This document shows positions 1 to 9,704 of a stretch of 64,000 nucleotides of DNA, piece by piece. How positions within the stretch are numbered: the stretch's first letter is position 1; every line of letters begins with the position of its first letter. Source of the DNA: an uncultured Candidatus Saccharibacteria bacterium (GTDB lineage: Bacteria; Patescibacteriota; Minisyncoccia; Phycocordibacterales; SBAW01); contig CAYQPO010000005.1 of assembly GCA_964420015.1 (NCBI GenBank), forward strand, positions 6,523 to 70,522, in the 5' to 3' direction. The notes under the pieces were generated by a model. It saw only the letters and a program-made list of their open reading frames with translations. It did not search any database and had not been told where the DNA came from. Both the position numbers and the translations under genes were made by a program.

Positions 1-10
1 CTGCATCCAT
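1..10 (-). CDS. 5' end of a gene running off the left edge (partial)
   Basis: Minus strand reads AAAGGAGG-atagtc-ATG with the ATG at position 10. Confidence 0.4.
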
Positions 11-203
11 GACTATCCTCCTTTAGGTTGCAGTCATGTGGGTGGGGAGATTCTAAGCATGTGGCCTCCGGCTACGCTAAGCGCGCCCAAGGATATCGCA
101 CATCAAAAAATTCCCCACCCTTTCAAAGACTCCACGGTCGAAGTGCTTGAAAGGGTGCTCGATATCGCTCGAGCGGGCGGCAGGATTCGGACCTGCAAAA
201 GAA

Positions 204-476
204 TCAAGCAGCTGCTTCGAGCCACCGATCCTCCTTTGGGATAAAAGTGGCTTCACCACTCTCACCCCACAGGATGTCGCCCAAAAACACATGGACAGCA
301 TCGCGGTCGGTGGATGATACCGCGAGATATCGCCCACCTTGTACCTCTACTACACAGAGGTGGAAAGTCCCGCGCTCATCCACGACTCTTGCGGGTAGCA
401 CCCGCTTGGGTCGCAACCCGAAACGCTTAAGAATTACCAGCCCCAGTGGATTGAAGTGTGTGTTGCCGTAAAACAT
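204..476 (-). CDS. hypothetical protein, 90 aa
   Basis: ORF with AGGAG SD upstream of ATG; no family recognised. Confidence 0.6.
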   Translation of the reverse strand: MFYGNTHFNPLGLVILKRFGLRPKRVLPARVVDERGTFHLCVVEVQGGRYLAVSSTDRDAVHVFLGDILWGESGEATFIPKEDRWLEAAA

Positions 477-772
477 TTCTTTCTCCTGCCGCCGCAGCGG
501 CCTCTATGGGTTCAGTGCAAACGGATGTTTGCGCTGTATTCCAAAGGCGAGAGCCCGTAGCTCTCACAGCGTCTCTCTGGACGAGGAGTAGGTAAGCGGA
601 GATGGTTTGTCCGACTGAAGTTGGACTGCCAAACTAAACCAGCGTGTCTCTGCACGAGGCACCATCTCTTTGCTTAAGGGTCTTGCAACCCTTTCAAACA
701 TTCGAGCAAGTCAAATGCTTGAAAGGAGGGGCCGAAGTCGGCCCCAGTATTCCACGGGAGGAACGAAAAGCT

Positions 773-1009
773 TTACCAGCCGATGCGGGCGGTCGATTGG
801 TTGGGGTCCCAACCAATTGAACGCATCGAGGGCTTGGTACGCGCGGTCTGTTGCTCAGCAGTCGGCTGAGCGAGGCCGCGCTTATCAGACTTCGGCATTT
901 CGGCCGAATGTGCGGCATGCTCGATGATCACCCCCGCCGCAATAAGCAAGGCGATGGCGGTCAAAAAAGCGACGAGCATGCGGCGCCAGAGACGCGACTT
1001 CTGATTCAT
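773..1009 (-). CDS. small membrane-anchored or secreted hypothetical protein, 78 aa
   Basis: AAGGAG SD; basic N-terminus followed by a hydrophobic helix; C-terminal repeat RSIGW/ARIGW. Confidence 0.6.
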   Translation of the reverse strand: MNQKSRLWRRMLVAFLTAIALLIAAGVIIEHAAHSAEMPKSDKRGLAQPTAEQQTARTKPSMRSIGWDPNQSTARIGW

Positions 1010-1348
1010 GACGATTCTCCTTTTGGAATCTCGGGGACTCTCCGTAATTCATGATGAATTGCGGCCCCTCGTACCAATCCAACTAAATGAGTTAGACCGG
1101 CGACGAGGAACAACATTCCCGACTCTGGTCGGGACCCCGACCTTGTGTCGGGCTGATTCCTAATAAACGTCGCTATGCTTTTGTCAAAGAGTTTGACCAA
1201 CAAAAATTAAAAGGCGGACCAAGCTCGGGGGGCTAAGCTGGTCCGCCTTCGCGCTGGCCTGGGGCCTGCGCTAAACTTCGGCGGACGCTGCCTCCTCTAA
1301 CGGCGCGTCCAAAAACTTAAAATATATCGTTGATCTTGACTGTCTTAC

Positions 1349-1377
1349 ATGGTACACCCATCCTTGACTTTTGTCAA
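1349..1377 (-). promoter_or_regulatory. sigma70-type promoter firing leftwards
   Basis: Minus strand TTGACA-17 bp-TACCAT. Confidence 0.55.
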
Positions 1378-1420
1378 GTACTTAGGTCTTGTATTATCAA
1401 AAATGTAGCCCAAAATAAGG

Positions 1421-2911
1421 CTATTTTGCCAAACTGAGCACCTCCTCTATTGTGGTCAGCCCTTGGGCTGCCTTAAACAGAGCGTCTTCTATCAAATTGA
1501 GGCTCACTATCTCCCCCTCGGTCGTGTCCGTCCTACGGGCGAGGCCTTTTTCTTGCACCTCTTGCACCCCCAGCATGCCTTCGTAGCCCCCCGTGCACTC
1601 GCTGCAGGCTGCTGCGCGAGCAAACTGCACCTCTTTCCATGGCGTGTCTTTGGCGACGACCCCCTCTTCTTTAAGTGCGCTTAACACATGAGCAAAGTTT
1701 GCTCCGGCGGTCTCGAGCGCATCGCTCTCTTGGCGCGTGAGTTTGCGCTTGTCCAAAAACTTTTTACTGCACAATTTTTTTAGTACTGCCGAGTGCACAC
1801 GCAGCTCGGGCGCTTCGATCTCTGCGCCACCCTCGTTTGCAGCAAGTACCAAAATCCCGCGCGCTACAGCAAAGCGCGCAAGCGCGCTCATTTCGCTCCC
1901 TTGCAGTGGGTCGAGCATCACCACATCCGGGTCGCTCTTGAGCACCCCGCGGAGCAACGCCGCGGGGCTCAAGGCTCCACCCACTTCAACTTGGGCCACA
2001 CGCGGCAATGTTTGCGATACGCGCTCCTCTACCGAGGCGAGTGCCAACTCTGGCGTGTTGAGCAAGTCGAGTAGCGTGTAGAGGAGTGTTGTCTTGCCTG
2101 CCCCGAGGTTACTCGAGGGGCCTGTGCCCTCTACCAACAAAAGTCCGCGCCGACGATTTAAAAAGTGATGCACGCGCTCGAGCGCTTCGCCGTGCAAGCC
2201 TAAACTGCTGAGTGTCCAACCCGCTCTCTCGCGCTCGCGGATTATGTGGAGCACCATCTTTTCTCCCCCAACTGTAGAAAGAGACTGCACACTCACGCGC
2301 GCGTCTTCGCCATTCCCCAAATCGACTTTCAATCTGCTCTCTTTGGGTAGCGCCCCCGCTGAGATACCCGCAAGTGCTCGCAACTGCCCAAACAAGTTAC
2401 TCCCCGCCCCAGGCGGCAATGCAAAGGCGCTCCGCAGAATACCCCGGATCCTATAGCGCACCACCAGACTGCTCCCTAATTCCAGATGGATGTCGCTCGC
2501 ACCGCTCATAAAGGCATGGCGCAAGAGCACGTCGAGCAAATCGGGTGAGTTTGCAGCTTCGAGTTGTGCACCATACGCTTCGCGCAAATGTTTTTGATAA
2601 TGCAGCAGCGCCTTGACCATCGAGCCCCTCGTGGTCAGCCGCGGCACAAGGCGATAGCGACTTTCTAAAAACCCAAAGTGCTCCAGGTCGGCCAAATTGA
2701 GGAGCGCCACCTCGAGCGTGTGACCTTGCAGTGCAAAGCCTACAGCGTTGTGCTCGCGCGCCATGGGCTCGGGGATAACGAGCATCGCCTCTTTTGCAAT
2801 ATCTGCGGGCTCGAGAACTACAAACGGGACGCCGTTTGCGTGTGCAAACGCGTGGCGCTGCTCGTCGTCGCCCAACAACTCTCTACCCAACCAAGCAGGT
2901 GTATGCTCCAT
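1421..2911 (-). CDS. GspE/PilB-family secretion/pilus ATPase, degenerate
   Basis: ASDIHLE and RYRIRG motifs, Walker A-like GAGKTT, DPDVVM, terminal GLTTIEEV; canonical GEIRD and His box not seen. Confidence 0.8.
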   Translation of the reverse strand: MEHTPAWLGRELLGDDEQRHAFAHANGVPFVVLEPADIAKEAMLVIPEPMAREHNAVGFALQGHTLEVALLNLADLEHFGFLESRYRLVPRLTTRGSMVKALLHYQKHLREAYGAQLEAANSPDLLDVLLRHAFMSGASDIHLELGSSLVVRYRIRGILRSAFALPPGAGSNLFGQLRALAGISAGALPKESRLKVDLGNGEDARVSVQSLSTVGGEKMVLHIIRERERAGWTLSSLGLHGEALERVHHFLNRRRGLLLVEGTGPSSNLGAGKTTLLYTLLDLLNTPELALASVEERVSQTLPRVAQVEVGGALSPAALLRGVLKSDPDVVMLDPLQGSEMSALARFAVARGILVLAANEGGAEIEAPELRVHSAVLKKLCSKKFLDKRKLTRQESDALETAGANFAHVLSALKEEGVVAKDTPWKEVQFARAAACSECTGGYEGMLGVQEVQEKGLARRTDTTEGEIVSLNLIEDALFKAAQGLTTIEEVLSLAK

Positions 2912-2974
2912 TTGTATTCATTATAAATCCAAAAGCGAGCTCGTATGAGCTCGCTTGTTGAGATGTGTCCTTGT

Positions 2975-3060
2975 CCCCGCCCCAAGCGCTGCACTCTGTA
3001 TCGGCTAGTAGTAAAAAGTTCCGAGAGTGGGCGTCGTGGTCCTATGCGCTTGGGGCGGGG
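2975..3060. repeat. 86-bp element bounded by a perfect 15-bp inverted repeat
   Basis: CCCCGCCCCAAGCGC at 2975-2989 and its reverse complement at 3046-3060. Confidence 0.7.
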
Positions 3061-3517
3061 CAGAAGGCTACACCTGACCTAGTCTTCGACCCTGCTGCAC
3101 CTGCCGAGTCCTCTGCTCTAGCATTCGGCCTGCCTGCGCAGGCAGGCGGCGACCTGTTTTCTTTGTTCTGCATGCTCGCTGCTGTAAAAGTGCTGATAAT
3201 GGTTACCAAAAAAAATTGCTCCTACGGCGGCCCTTGGCTGGTGTTTTTAGTAGTCATACCGTTTGTTATTTACTGCTAACACTGTAACTATATGCCTGGC
3301 CAAAATAGTGTCAACAGGTTTTGACACTCACTTTGTGGATAAGTATAAAAAGCTTTTATTTAAGGCCATATTTGACATATAAAAAAGCCAGTTCAGAGTA
3401 ACAAACTGGAGTTTTCAACATATGTTCTTTGACAACTATTGCTGACTTAAGCTACAGTTGAATTGTCCGCTGAGATGTCTTGGCGGCAAACCTTGGGCTC
3501 AAAGGAGGCCTAAGATC

Positions 3518-3625
3518 ATGATGAAACACGTTCACCCGTCTCTCGCTTATACCCCGATGGTCGCCGGCGCGCTGACGCAGCACGGCAACACCGCGGAGGG
3601 CCCCGGCGGCGGGTGGCTGAAGTAA
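3518..3625 (+). CDS. candidate 35-aa peptide MMKHVHPSLAYTPMVAGALTQHGNTAEGPGGGWLK
   Basis: AAAGGAGG at 3501-3508; TTGACA (3429) and TACAGT (3453) upstream; hairpin plus T run at about 3680-3720. Confidence 0.45.
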   Translation: MMKHVHPSLAYTPMVAGALTQHGNTAEGPGGGWLK

Positions 3626-3714
3626 TCGCCCGCAACCTGCGGCCAAGGCCCTAGCGGCCAGTAGCCCAGACTGCGAGAGCCGTGGTGCCCAGCGATATGC
3701 GGGTGCCACGGTTT

Positions 3715-4470
3715 TTATTTTTCTGCCTCAGGTTTAATGCAGCCCCACATAAACTCAAACATCGAGCGCATACTGTCTGCAATTTGTTTATTTTCTATTA
3801 AAACCCCAAACAAAGTTCCCCGAAGGTTGGCAATGGCGACCTTGTCGTCATAAATAGCGATGTCATTGGTAACCTTAAGCACCTGCTCACTTACATGGCG
3901 TCGATCGGTACGTCCAAAACGCCCACAGAAAGGACCCGAGGCGCTGTTATAAATAATCCGCGCAGCAATGCCTTTTGCCTTGCGACGATCTGAGTACGCT
4001 TCGCGCTCTTTCTCATCAAAAACAGCAGCCATGGCATCGTAGGAATACATCACCAAAATGTTTTTGTCCTTCGCGGTGTCGAGTATCTGCTCACGCATCG
4101 TTACAATACCTTCTTTCCCGCTATAAAACCGCACGACGGGACGCTCGCCGGCTCCCTCAAACAAATGCGTGAGCTCAGGGAGAAGTGCGCTCAAGTCTTT
4201 TTCTTTAGCACCGATCTCCTGGCGCTTGGCCTCGAGGATCTTTTTTAAGTAGGTGGGCGACTCGGGGGCAAAGTAGGTCTTTTTGCCCTCTTCGTAGGTG
4301 CTCATGAGGCCCATTTTCATCAGCGCCTCTATTTGTACGTAGGTGGTTGAGCGGTTGACCTTGGCTGCTGTTGCCAACTTTTCGGCCGTAGTTTTGCCGA
4401 GCTCGAGCGCAGCCAAATAGACCCGCGCTTCTTTCTCCGAAAGTCCAATATCTTGGAGCTCTTTTAACAT
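3715..4470 (-). CDS. TrmB-family transcriptional regulator (1)
   Basis: GLSEKEARVYLAALELG...RSTTY winged HTH; C-terminal YSGKEG and IYDDKVAI effector-domain pattern. Confidence 0.85.
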   Translation of the reverse strand: MLKELQDIGLSEKEARVYLAALELGKTTAEKLATAAKVNRSTTYVQIEALMKMGLMSTYEEGKKTYFAPESPTYLKKILEAKRQEIGAKEKDLSALLPELTHLFEGAGERPVVRFYSGKEGIVTMREQILDTAKDKNILVMYSYDAMAAVFDEKEREAYSDRRKAKGIAARIIYNSASGPFCGRFGRTDRRHVSEQVLKVTNDIAIYDDKVAIANLRGTLFGVLIENKQIADSMRSMFEFMWGCIKPEAEK

Positions 4471-4632
4471 TTGACTAGTTTAACACGTAGCGCTATATTG
4501 AGGACATCTGGTACTGCCCCGCGTGGGCGGTTTTTTCGTTAGAAAATAACGACCAGAGGGAGTATATTTTCTACGACCCCGAGGTCGTCGAGGGGTTCTC
4601 CAAACCTTAGCTAAAAAATAATTTTAACAAAC

Positions 4633-5883
4633 ATGTTTGACCTCAAAGTAATGAACTCGGTCCTCGGTGAACTCGAAGAGGAAAAGGGTATCCCCCGTGC
4701 CAAGGTGGTCGAGGCGATCGAGGCTGCGCTCGCCACCGCCTATAAAAAAGAATACGCAAAAAAAGGCCAAGTGATCCGCGCGCGCATCAACATGGACACG
4801 GGCACGACCGCTTTTGAGCAAATTAAAATGGTCGTCGATGAGTCGACGGTGCGTTTTGTCGAAGAGGGCGAAGAGGGCAGCTTTATCGACGAGAGCAGCG
4901 TCGAGCAAAAGGTAGATGCTGCGGGGAACCCTGTTGTTGAGCTGCCGCGCTACAACCCCGAGCAGCACATGCTCCTTGCCGACGCCAAGTTTATTAAGCG
5001 CGATGCCAAAGTGGGCGACGAACTCGTCTTCCCACTCGAACCCCACGAGGACTACGGCCGCATCGCAGCACAGACCGCCAAGCAGGTGATCATCCAAAAG
5101 ATCCGCGAGGCGGAGAAGGTTTCGGTCGTGGCCGAGTACGGCGCGCGCCAGGGCGAAATTATCTCCGGCACCGTGCAGCGCATGGAGCGCGGCAACCTCT
5201 ATGTTGATCTTGGCCGCGCGACGGGGATCTTGCCCTACGATGAGCAGATCCCCGGCGAGCGCTACCGCCAAGGTGAGCGGATTCGCGCGCTCCTCTACCA
5301 GGTAGAGGAGTCGCCGCGTGGTATTTATCTGCGTCTCTCACGCGGCAAGGGCGAGTTTTTGGCCAAGCTCTTCGCGATGGAGGTGCCCGAGGTCCAAAAC
5401 GGCGTGGTCACCTTTAAAGCGATCGCGCGCGAAGCGGGCAGTCGCTCTAAAGTGGCGGTCGCCTCGAGCGACCCGCACGTCGACCCGGTAGGCTCGCTTG
5501 TCGGCCAGCGCGGCGTGCGTGTTTCGACGGTGACCTCTGAGCTTGGTGGAGAAAAAATAGACATTATCGAGTGGAACGACAACCCCAAGAGTTTTATCGA
5601 AGAGGCACTCTCGCCTGCACGCATCCTTGAAGTCTCGCTCGACGAAGACGAGCACAAAGCGACCGTGAAAGTTGCCGAGGACCAACAAAGCCTCGCGATC
5701 GGCCGCGGCGGGCAAAACGTGCGCCTGGCAGCGAAGCTCACCGGCTGGCGCATCGACATCCAGTCGCTCGGGGGACAAAGGGTCGCCGAGGCGACCGAAG
5801 AAGGCGAGACGCAGGTCACGAGCAACGTGCAGGGCAAAGACGCTCCGGCGCCCGTCGCTCCCCCGCCGATTTCAGCTGAGTAG
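4633..5883 (+). CDS. nusA: transcription elongation factor NusA
   Basis: GRIAAQTAKQVIIQKIREAE, AREAGSRSK, AIGRGGQNVRLAAKLTGWRIDI. Confidence 0.97.
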   Translation: MFDLKVMNSVLGELEEEKGIPRAKVVEAIEAALATAYKKEYAKKGQVIRARINMDTGTTAFEQIKMVVDESTVRFVEEGEEGSFIDESSVEQKVDAAGNPVVELPRYNPEQHMLLADAKFIKRDAKVGDELVFPLEPHEDYGRIAAQTAKQVIIQKIREAEKVSVVAEYGARQGEIISGTVQRMERGNLYVDLGRATGILPYDEQIPGERYRQGERIRALLYQVEESPRGIYLRLSRGKGEFLAKLFAMEVPEVQNGVVTFKAIAREAGSRSKVAVASSDPHVDPVGSLVGQRGVRVSTVTSELGGEKIDIIEWNDNPKSFIEEALSPARILEVSLDEDEHKATVKVAEDQQSLAIGRGGQNVRLAAKLTGWRIDIQSLGGQRVAEATEEGETQVTSNVQGKDAPAPVAPPPISAE

Positions 5884-5910
5884 CAATTAGTTGAGCTAAA
5901 CTACATCTAT

Positions 5911-6441
5911 ATGAATTTGTGGCATGACATCGCTCCCGGCACGCCTGAGGAGCTCAACGTCATCATCGAGATCCCTAAAGGTTCGCACAACAAATACGAG
6001 GTAGATAAAGAGACGGGGCTTATCAAGCTCGACCGGGTCAACTACTCTGACGCAGCCTACCCGTTTGACTACGGCTTTGTGCCGCAAACACTGTGGGAGG
6101 ACGGCGACCCGCTTGATGTGATTGTGCTCTCGACCTTTCCACTCCACCCAGGTATTTTGCTCACCGTACGCCCCGTAGCGGTCATGGACATGATCGACAG
6201 CGGCGAAGGTGATGCAAAAATTATTGCCGTTCCCGCCGAGGACAAGCGCTGGGAGGACGTCCAGGACCTCGCCGACCTCAACCAGCACGCGCTTAAGGAG
6301 TACCGACATTTTTTTGAGACCTACAAAGCACTTAAAGGTAAGCCCGCTCCAGTTGAAATCCGCGGTATTAATGGCAAAGCCGAGGCCGTTGCTGCTATCA
6401 ACAAGTCGTTTGAACTCTACAAGCAGAAGTCTGCAAAGTAG
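5911..6441 (+). CDS. ppa: inorganic pyrophosphatase (family I)
   Basis: EIPKGSHNKYE, YGFVPQT, DGDPLDV. Confidence 0.95.
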   Translation: MNLWHDIAPGTPEELNVIIEIPKGSHNKYEVDKETGLIKLDRVNYSDAAYPFDYGFVPQTLWEDGDPLDVIVLSTFPLHPGILLTVRPVAVMDMIDSGEGDAKIIAVPAEDKRWEDVQDLADLNQHALKEYRHFFETYKALKGKPAPVEIRGINGKAEAVAAINKSFELYKQKSAK

Positions 6442-6456
6442 GGGTACAATCGGGGC

Positions 6457-7191
6457 ATGACACGAGCCCAACTTTTGGTCGCGATTATTAGTAGTATTTT
6501 ATTAGCAGCTCCTGCGTTTGCGTTCGCTCAAGAAGGCCCCGGTGGCCCTGGCCCAGGGTTCTTCCCCTCGCCGGAGAATCTTCGCCACATCGCTTCGACC
6601 ACTAAAAATTTTATTGAGGACCATCCGCGGCTCTTTGGTTCGAGCACACCGCCGCGTGAGGGAGGCTATCCCGGCATGATGGGCAGCTCCACCATTGAGT
6701 GGCGCATGGAGCTCCGGCAAAAAATCGAGGACAAACGCCAAGAGGTCGAGGAAAAAATCGATGCGGCGAGGCAAAAAGCTGCACAAAAGTTTGGCCAGGC
6801 GGTGCAGACGAGCGTTGGCAATATTACTGACATGCTCTCGAGACATGTCGACGACCTCTCCAAAATAGCCGACAAGCTCGACAGCCGCATCAACGAGCTC
6901 GAGCAAACAGGAGCCGACACCTCGAGCGCCGTAGCGCTCCTTGCCCAAGCGCGCACCGACATTACTGCGGCTCAAACGGCGGTGAGCGCCGTGGGCACGG
7001 CACTTTCTGCAGCACTCTCGAGCTCTAACCCCAAGGGTCAAATGGAGACGATCCGCACCGCGATCAACAGTGCACAAACGGCGATCAAAACGGCAAAAGA
7101 GGACCTCCAAAAGACGTTCGATGCGGTGCGGACAGTGCGCCAAACCCAAGCACAAGCGCAAGCGAGCACGAGTGCTCAAACTAACCCCTAG
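6457..7191 (+). CDS. secreted helical/coiled-coil hypothetical protein
   Basis: Signal peptide ending AFA-Q; Ala/Thr/Gln-rich heptads. Confidence 0.75.
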   Translation: MTRAQLLVAIISSILLAAPAFAFAQEGPGGPGPGFFPSPENLRHIASTTKNFIEDHPRLFGSSTPPREGGYPGMMGSSTIEWRMELRQKIEDKRQEVEEKIDAARQKAAQKFGQAVQTSVGNITDMLSRHVDDLSKIADKLDSRINELEQTGADTSSAVALLAQARTDITAAQTAVSAVGTALSAALSSSNPKGQMETIRTAINSAQTAIKTAKEDLQKTFDAVRTVRQTQAQAQASTSAQTNP

Positions 7192-7211
7192 CCACCTAAT
7201 CTACTCTCTTT

Positions 7212-7559
7212 ATGCCTCCACAAAATCCTTCGACAAGCTCAGGACAGAGTCCAAACCAACCGCCGATGCAACCCGCTCCTGCTCCGGTTGCGCCCGCCAG
7301 CGAGCCCGCTCCTACGCAACCCATGGCGCCCAAGTCGGGCAGCAATTGGGGCGCGATTATCGGCATACTGGTCATCGTCGCGCTACTGGCGCTCGGTGGC
7401 GCATACTTCTTCTACACCGAACGAGAGATGGCCCAGACGCCGGCCGCTAACACCGAGGCACAGAACCCGACCAGCGACCAGTCTATCCAAAACGATCTCA
7501 ATGCCACCGGGAGCGCCGACGCTTCAGCCGACGTTGAAAATTTGAACAACTCGCTGTAG
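7212..7559 (+). CDS. single-pass membrane protein with Pro-rich N-terminus
   Basis: Pro/Ala/Gln-rich head, one TM helix, polar tail. Confidence 0.75.
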   Translation: MPPQNPSTSSGQSPNQPPMQPAPAPVAPASEPAPTQPMAPKSGSNWGAIIGILVIVALLALGGAYFFYTEREMAQTPAANTEAQNPTSDQSIQNDLNATGSADASADVENLNNSL

Positions 7560-7568
7560 TATCACTCC

Positions 7569-8636
7569 GTGTTCGAAACTACAACCGCCCAATTTAGTGT
7601 CAAAAACCTCCCCGAGTCAGAGGTCGAACTCTCCGGGGAGGTCTCGTATGATCTTATAGCCCGCTATCGCGAAAAGGCACTTGGCCACATAGTCGAGCAC
7701 CTCGAGTTGCCCGGCTTTAGGCCCGGGAAAGTGCCTCCTGAGATGGCACTCAAAAAAGTCGGCGAGCAATCGGTGCTCGAAGAGGCAGTGGAGCTTTTTG
7801 TAAAGGACTTCTACCCCGCGCTCATCGAGGCCAAAGCTATTGATGCGGTTGGTCGCCCCGAGATCCGCATTACCAAGCTCGCTGCGGGCAACCCGGTGGG
7901 GCTAACCATCCGCGCCACTGTGTACCCTGAGATTACGCTGCCGAAAAACTATAAAGAGTTGAGCACAAAAATCCCGCTCGAGCCGGCGCTTGCCGCAACC
8001 GACGAAGAAGTAGCGCAAACCCTTGAGAGTTTGCAAAAGAGCCGCCAACAAAAAGACCAACCATTGCCTGAGCTTACTGATGAATTTGCCAAAAGCATCG
8101 GTGCGTTTGAAAGCCTTGAGCAGCTGCGTGAGCAGATTAAAAAAGGCATCGGTGAGGAGAAGGCCCATAAAGCACGCGACGCTCGCCGTGGCAAAATAAT
8201 CGAGGCGCTTTTGCAAGACACCAAAGTTGCGGTGCCGCGCCTTTTTGTTGAGAGCGAGCTGGAGAAGATTATGGCGCAAATGCGCGAGGATATTGCGCGC
8301 CTGCCTGCGCAGGCAGGCATGGGGCTCAAATTTGAGGACTATTTGAAACACTCGGGCAAGACCGAAGAGGGTATACGCAACGAGTTTAAGGATCAAGCCA
8401 CAAAGCGCGCCAAGCTACAGCTAGTACTCAATAAAATTGCCACTGAAGAAAAGCTCGAACCTGAGGCTGCAGTGGTGGAGCATGAGATGAGCCATGCGCT
8501 GCAACACTTCCCCGACGCCAACCCTGAGTTGCTTAAAATCCACGTCGAGACGGTGCTCAAAAACGAGCTGACGCTTCGGCTGCTCGAAGGCAACAAGGAA
8601 CCTCTCGCGCGCTCGAACCACGACCACCAGCATTAA
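7569..8636 (+). CDS. tig: trigger factor (short form)
   Basis: PGFRPGKVP ribosome-binding motif, LPELTDEFAK; lies upstream of clpP. Confidence 0.92.
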   Translation: MFETTTAQFSVKNLPESEVELSGEVSYDLIARYREKALGHIVEHLELPGFRPGKVPPEMALKKVGEQSVLEEAVELFVKDFYPALIEAKAIDAVGRPEIRITKLAAGNPVGLTIRATVYPEITLPKNYKELSTKIPLEPALAATDEEVAQTLESLQKSRQQKDQPLPELTDEFAKSIGAFESLEQLREQIKKGIGEEKAHKARDARRGKIIEALLQDTKVAVPRLFVESELEKIMAQMREDIARLPAQAGMGLKFEDYLKHSGKTEEGIRNEFKDQATKRAKLQLVLNKIATEEKLEPEAAVVEHEMSHALQHFPDANPELLKIHVETVLKNELTLRLLEGNKEPLARSNHDHQH

Positions 8637-8671
8637 ATTCACCTAGGTTAAACCTAGGTGTTACGACAAGA

Positions 8672-8699
8672 AAAAGGCCCCGCCGGAGCGGGGCCTTTT
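8672..8699. terminator. bidirectional intrinsic terminator
   Basis: AAAAGGCCCCGC-cgga-GCGGGGCCTTTT between convergent genes. Confidence 0.8.
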
Positions 8700-8722
8700 C
8701 AGAACCGAACGAAGAACTTTCT

Positions 8723-8869
8723 CTAGCGTCGGTAGCGCCGGCACGGCCACAAGCTGCGGACAACCTGTACCACGCCCGACACAAGGAGCGCCACACCGAG
8801 CACGGTAAAGACCGCCACGCCCATAAATTCAACCGGCTTGAGACCGGCAACTATATTGAGAGTATTCAC
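8723..8869 (-). CDS. 48-aa single-TM protein inserted between tig and clpP
   Basis: GGGAGG SD before GTG at 8869; hydrophobic helix and basic tail; C-terminal part of track ORF 8723..9136. Confidence 0.6.
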   Translation of the reverse strand: MNTLNIVAGLKPVEFMGVAVFTVLGVALLVSGVVQVVRSLWPCRRYRR

Positions 8870-8979
8870 GGGAACCTCCCTCTGATGAGCCGCCGTCTGC
8901 GAACACAGTACGGCCGAGAAAAACCCTGTGGTGCTATTGTGCGCTTGATATAGAGAGCGGTCAAGACTATACTGTCCCC

Positions 8980-9615
8980 ATGCCAAATCCTTCGAAAAAC
9001 TCAGGACCTTCGGCCCAACTCGTCCCCATGGTGATAGAAAAGTCACCCTACGGTGAGCGTGCCTACGACATATACTCGCGCCTGTTAAAAGAACGCATCG
9101 TCTTCCTTTCTGGACCGATCGAGGACCATACTGCAAACCTGGCGGTTGCCCAGCTCCTCTTTCTTGCTTCTGAAGACCCTAAAAAGGATATCCAACTCTA
9201 CATCAACTCCCCCGGCGGTTCGGTCACAGCCGGTTTGGCGATCCTCGACACGATGAACTACATCAAGCCCGACGTGGCGACGCTCTGTGTAGGTATGGCA
9301 GCCTCGATGGCTTCGGTCATCCTCGCTTCGGGCAAAAAGGGTAAGCGCTTTGCGCTCCCCAACGCCGAGGTGATGATCCATCAGCCGTGGGGCGGCGCTC
9401 AGGGCCAGGCCTCGGACATTGAGATTACCGCAAGACACATCCTAGCCACACGCGATAGGCTCAACAAAATTTTGGCCAAGGCCTCGGGCCAGCCATTGGA
9501 AAAGATCGAAAAAGATGTCGACCGCGACTTCTTTATGACCGCCGAGGAGACCAAAAAATACGGCCTCATTGATGCGATTCTTGAAGAGCAGCCAGCTCCG
9601 GCCAAGGCAAAATAA
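8980..9615 (+). CDS. clpP: ATP-dependent Clp protease proteolytic subunit
   Basis: [32 protein letters not shown]. Confidence 0.97.
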   Translation: MPNPSKNSGPSAQLVPMVIEKSPYGERAYDIYSRLLKERIVFLSGPIEDHTANLAVAQLLFLASEDPKKDIQLYINSPGGSVTAGLAILDTMNYIKPDVATLCVGMAASMASVILASGKKGKRFALPNAEVMIHQPWGGAQGQASDIEITARHILATRDRLNKILAKASGQPLEKIEKDVDRDFFMTAEETKKYGLIDAILEEQPAPAKAK

Positions 9616-9704
9616 GTTCAAAAACTCGGGGCTAGCGGAGCAACCGCAGAGGTGATACTCTGGGGATGTTCGTTTCATATATCAACTTTGTATGCAATCC
9701 CTTT

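Noticed and set aside
2965-3279. 104-aa plus-strand ORF and a 43-aa minus-strand ORF (3042-3173)
   Set aside because: Both are largely built from repeat elements, with no clear initiation signal or family motif.
8640-8660. Palindrome CACCTAGGTTAAACCTAGGTG as a dif site
   Set aside because: It does not match the XerC/XerD dif arm pattern and is more likely a REP-like repeat; single copy in this window.
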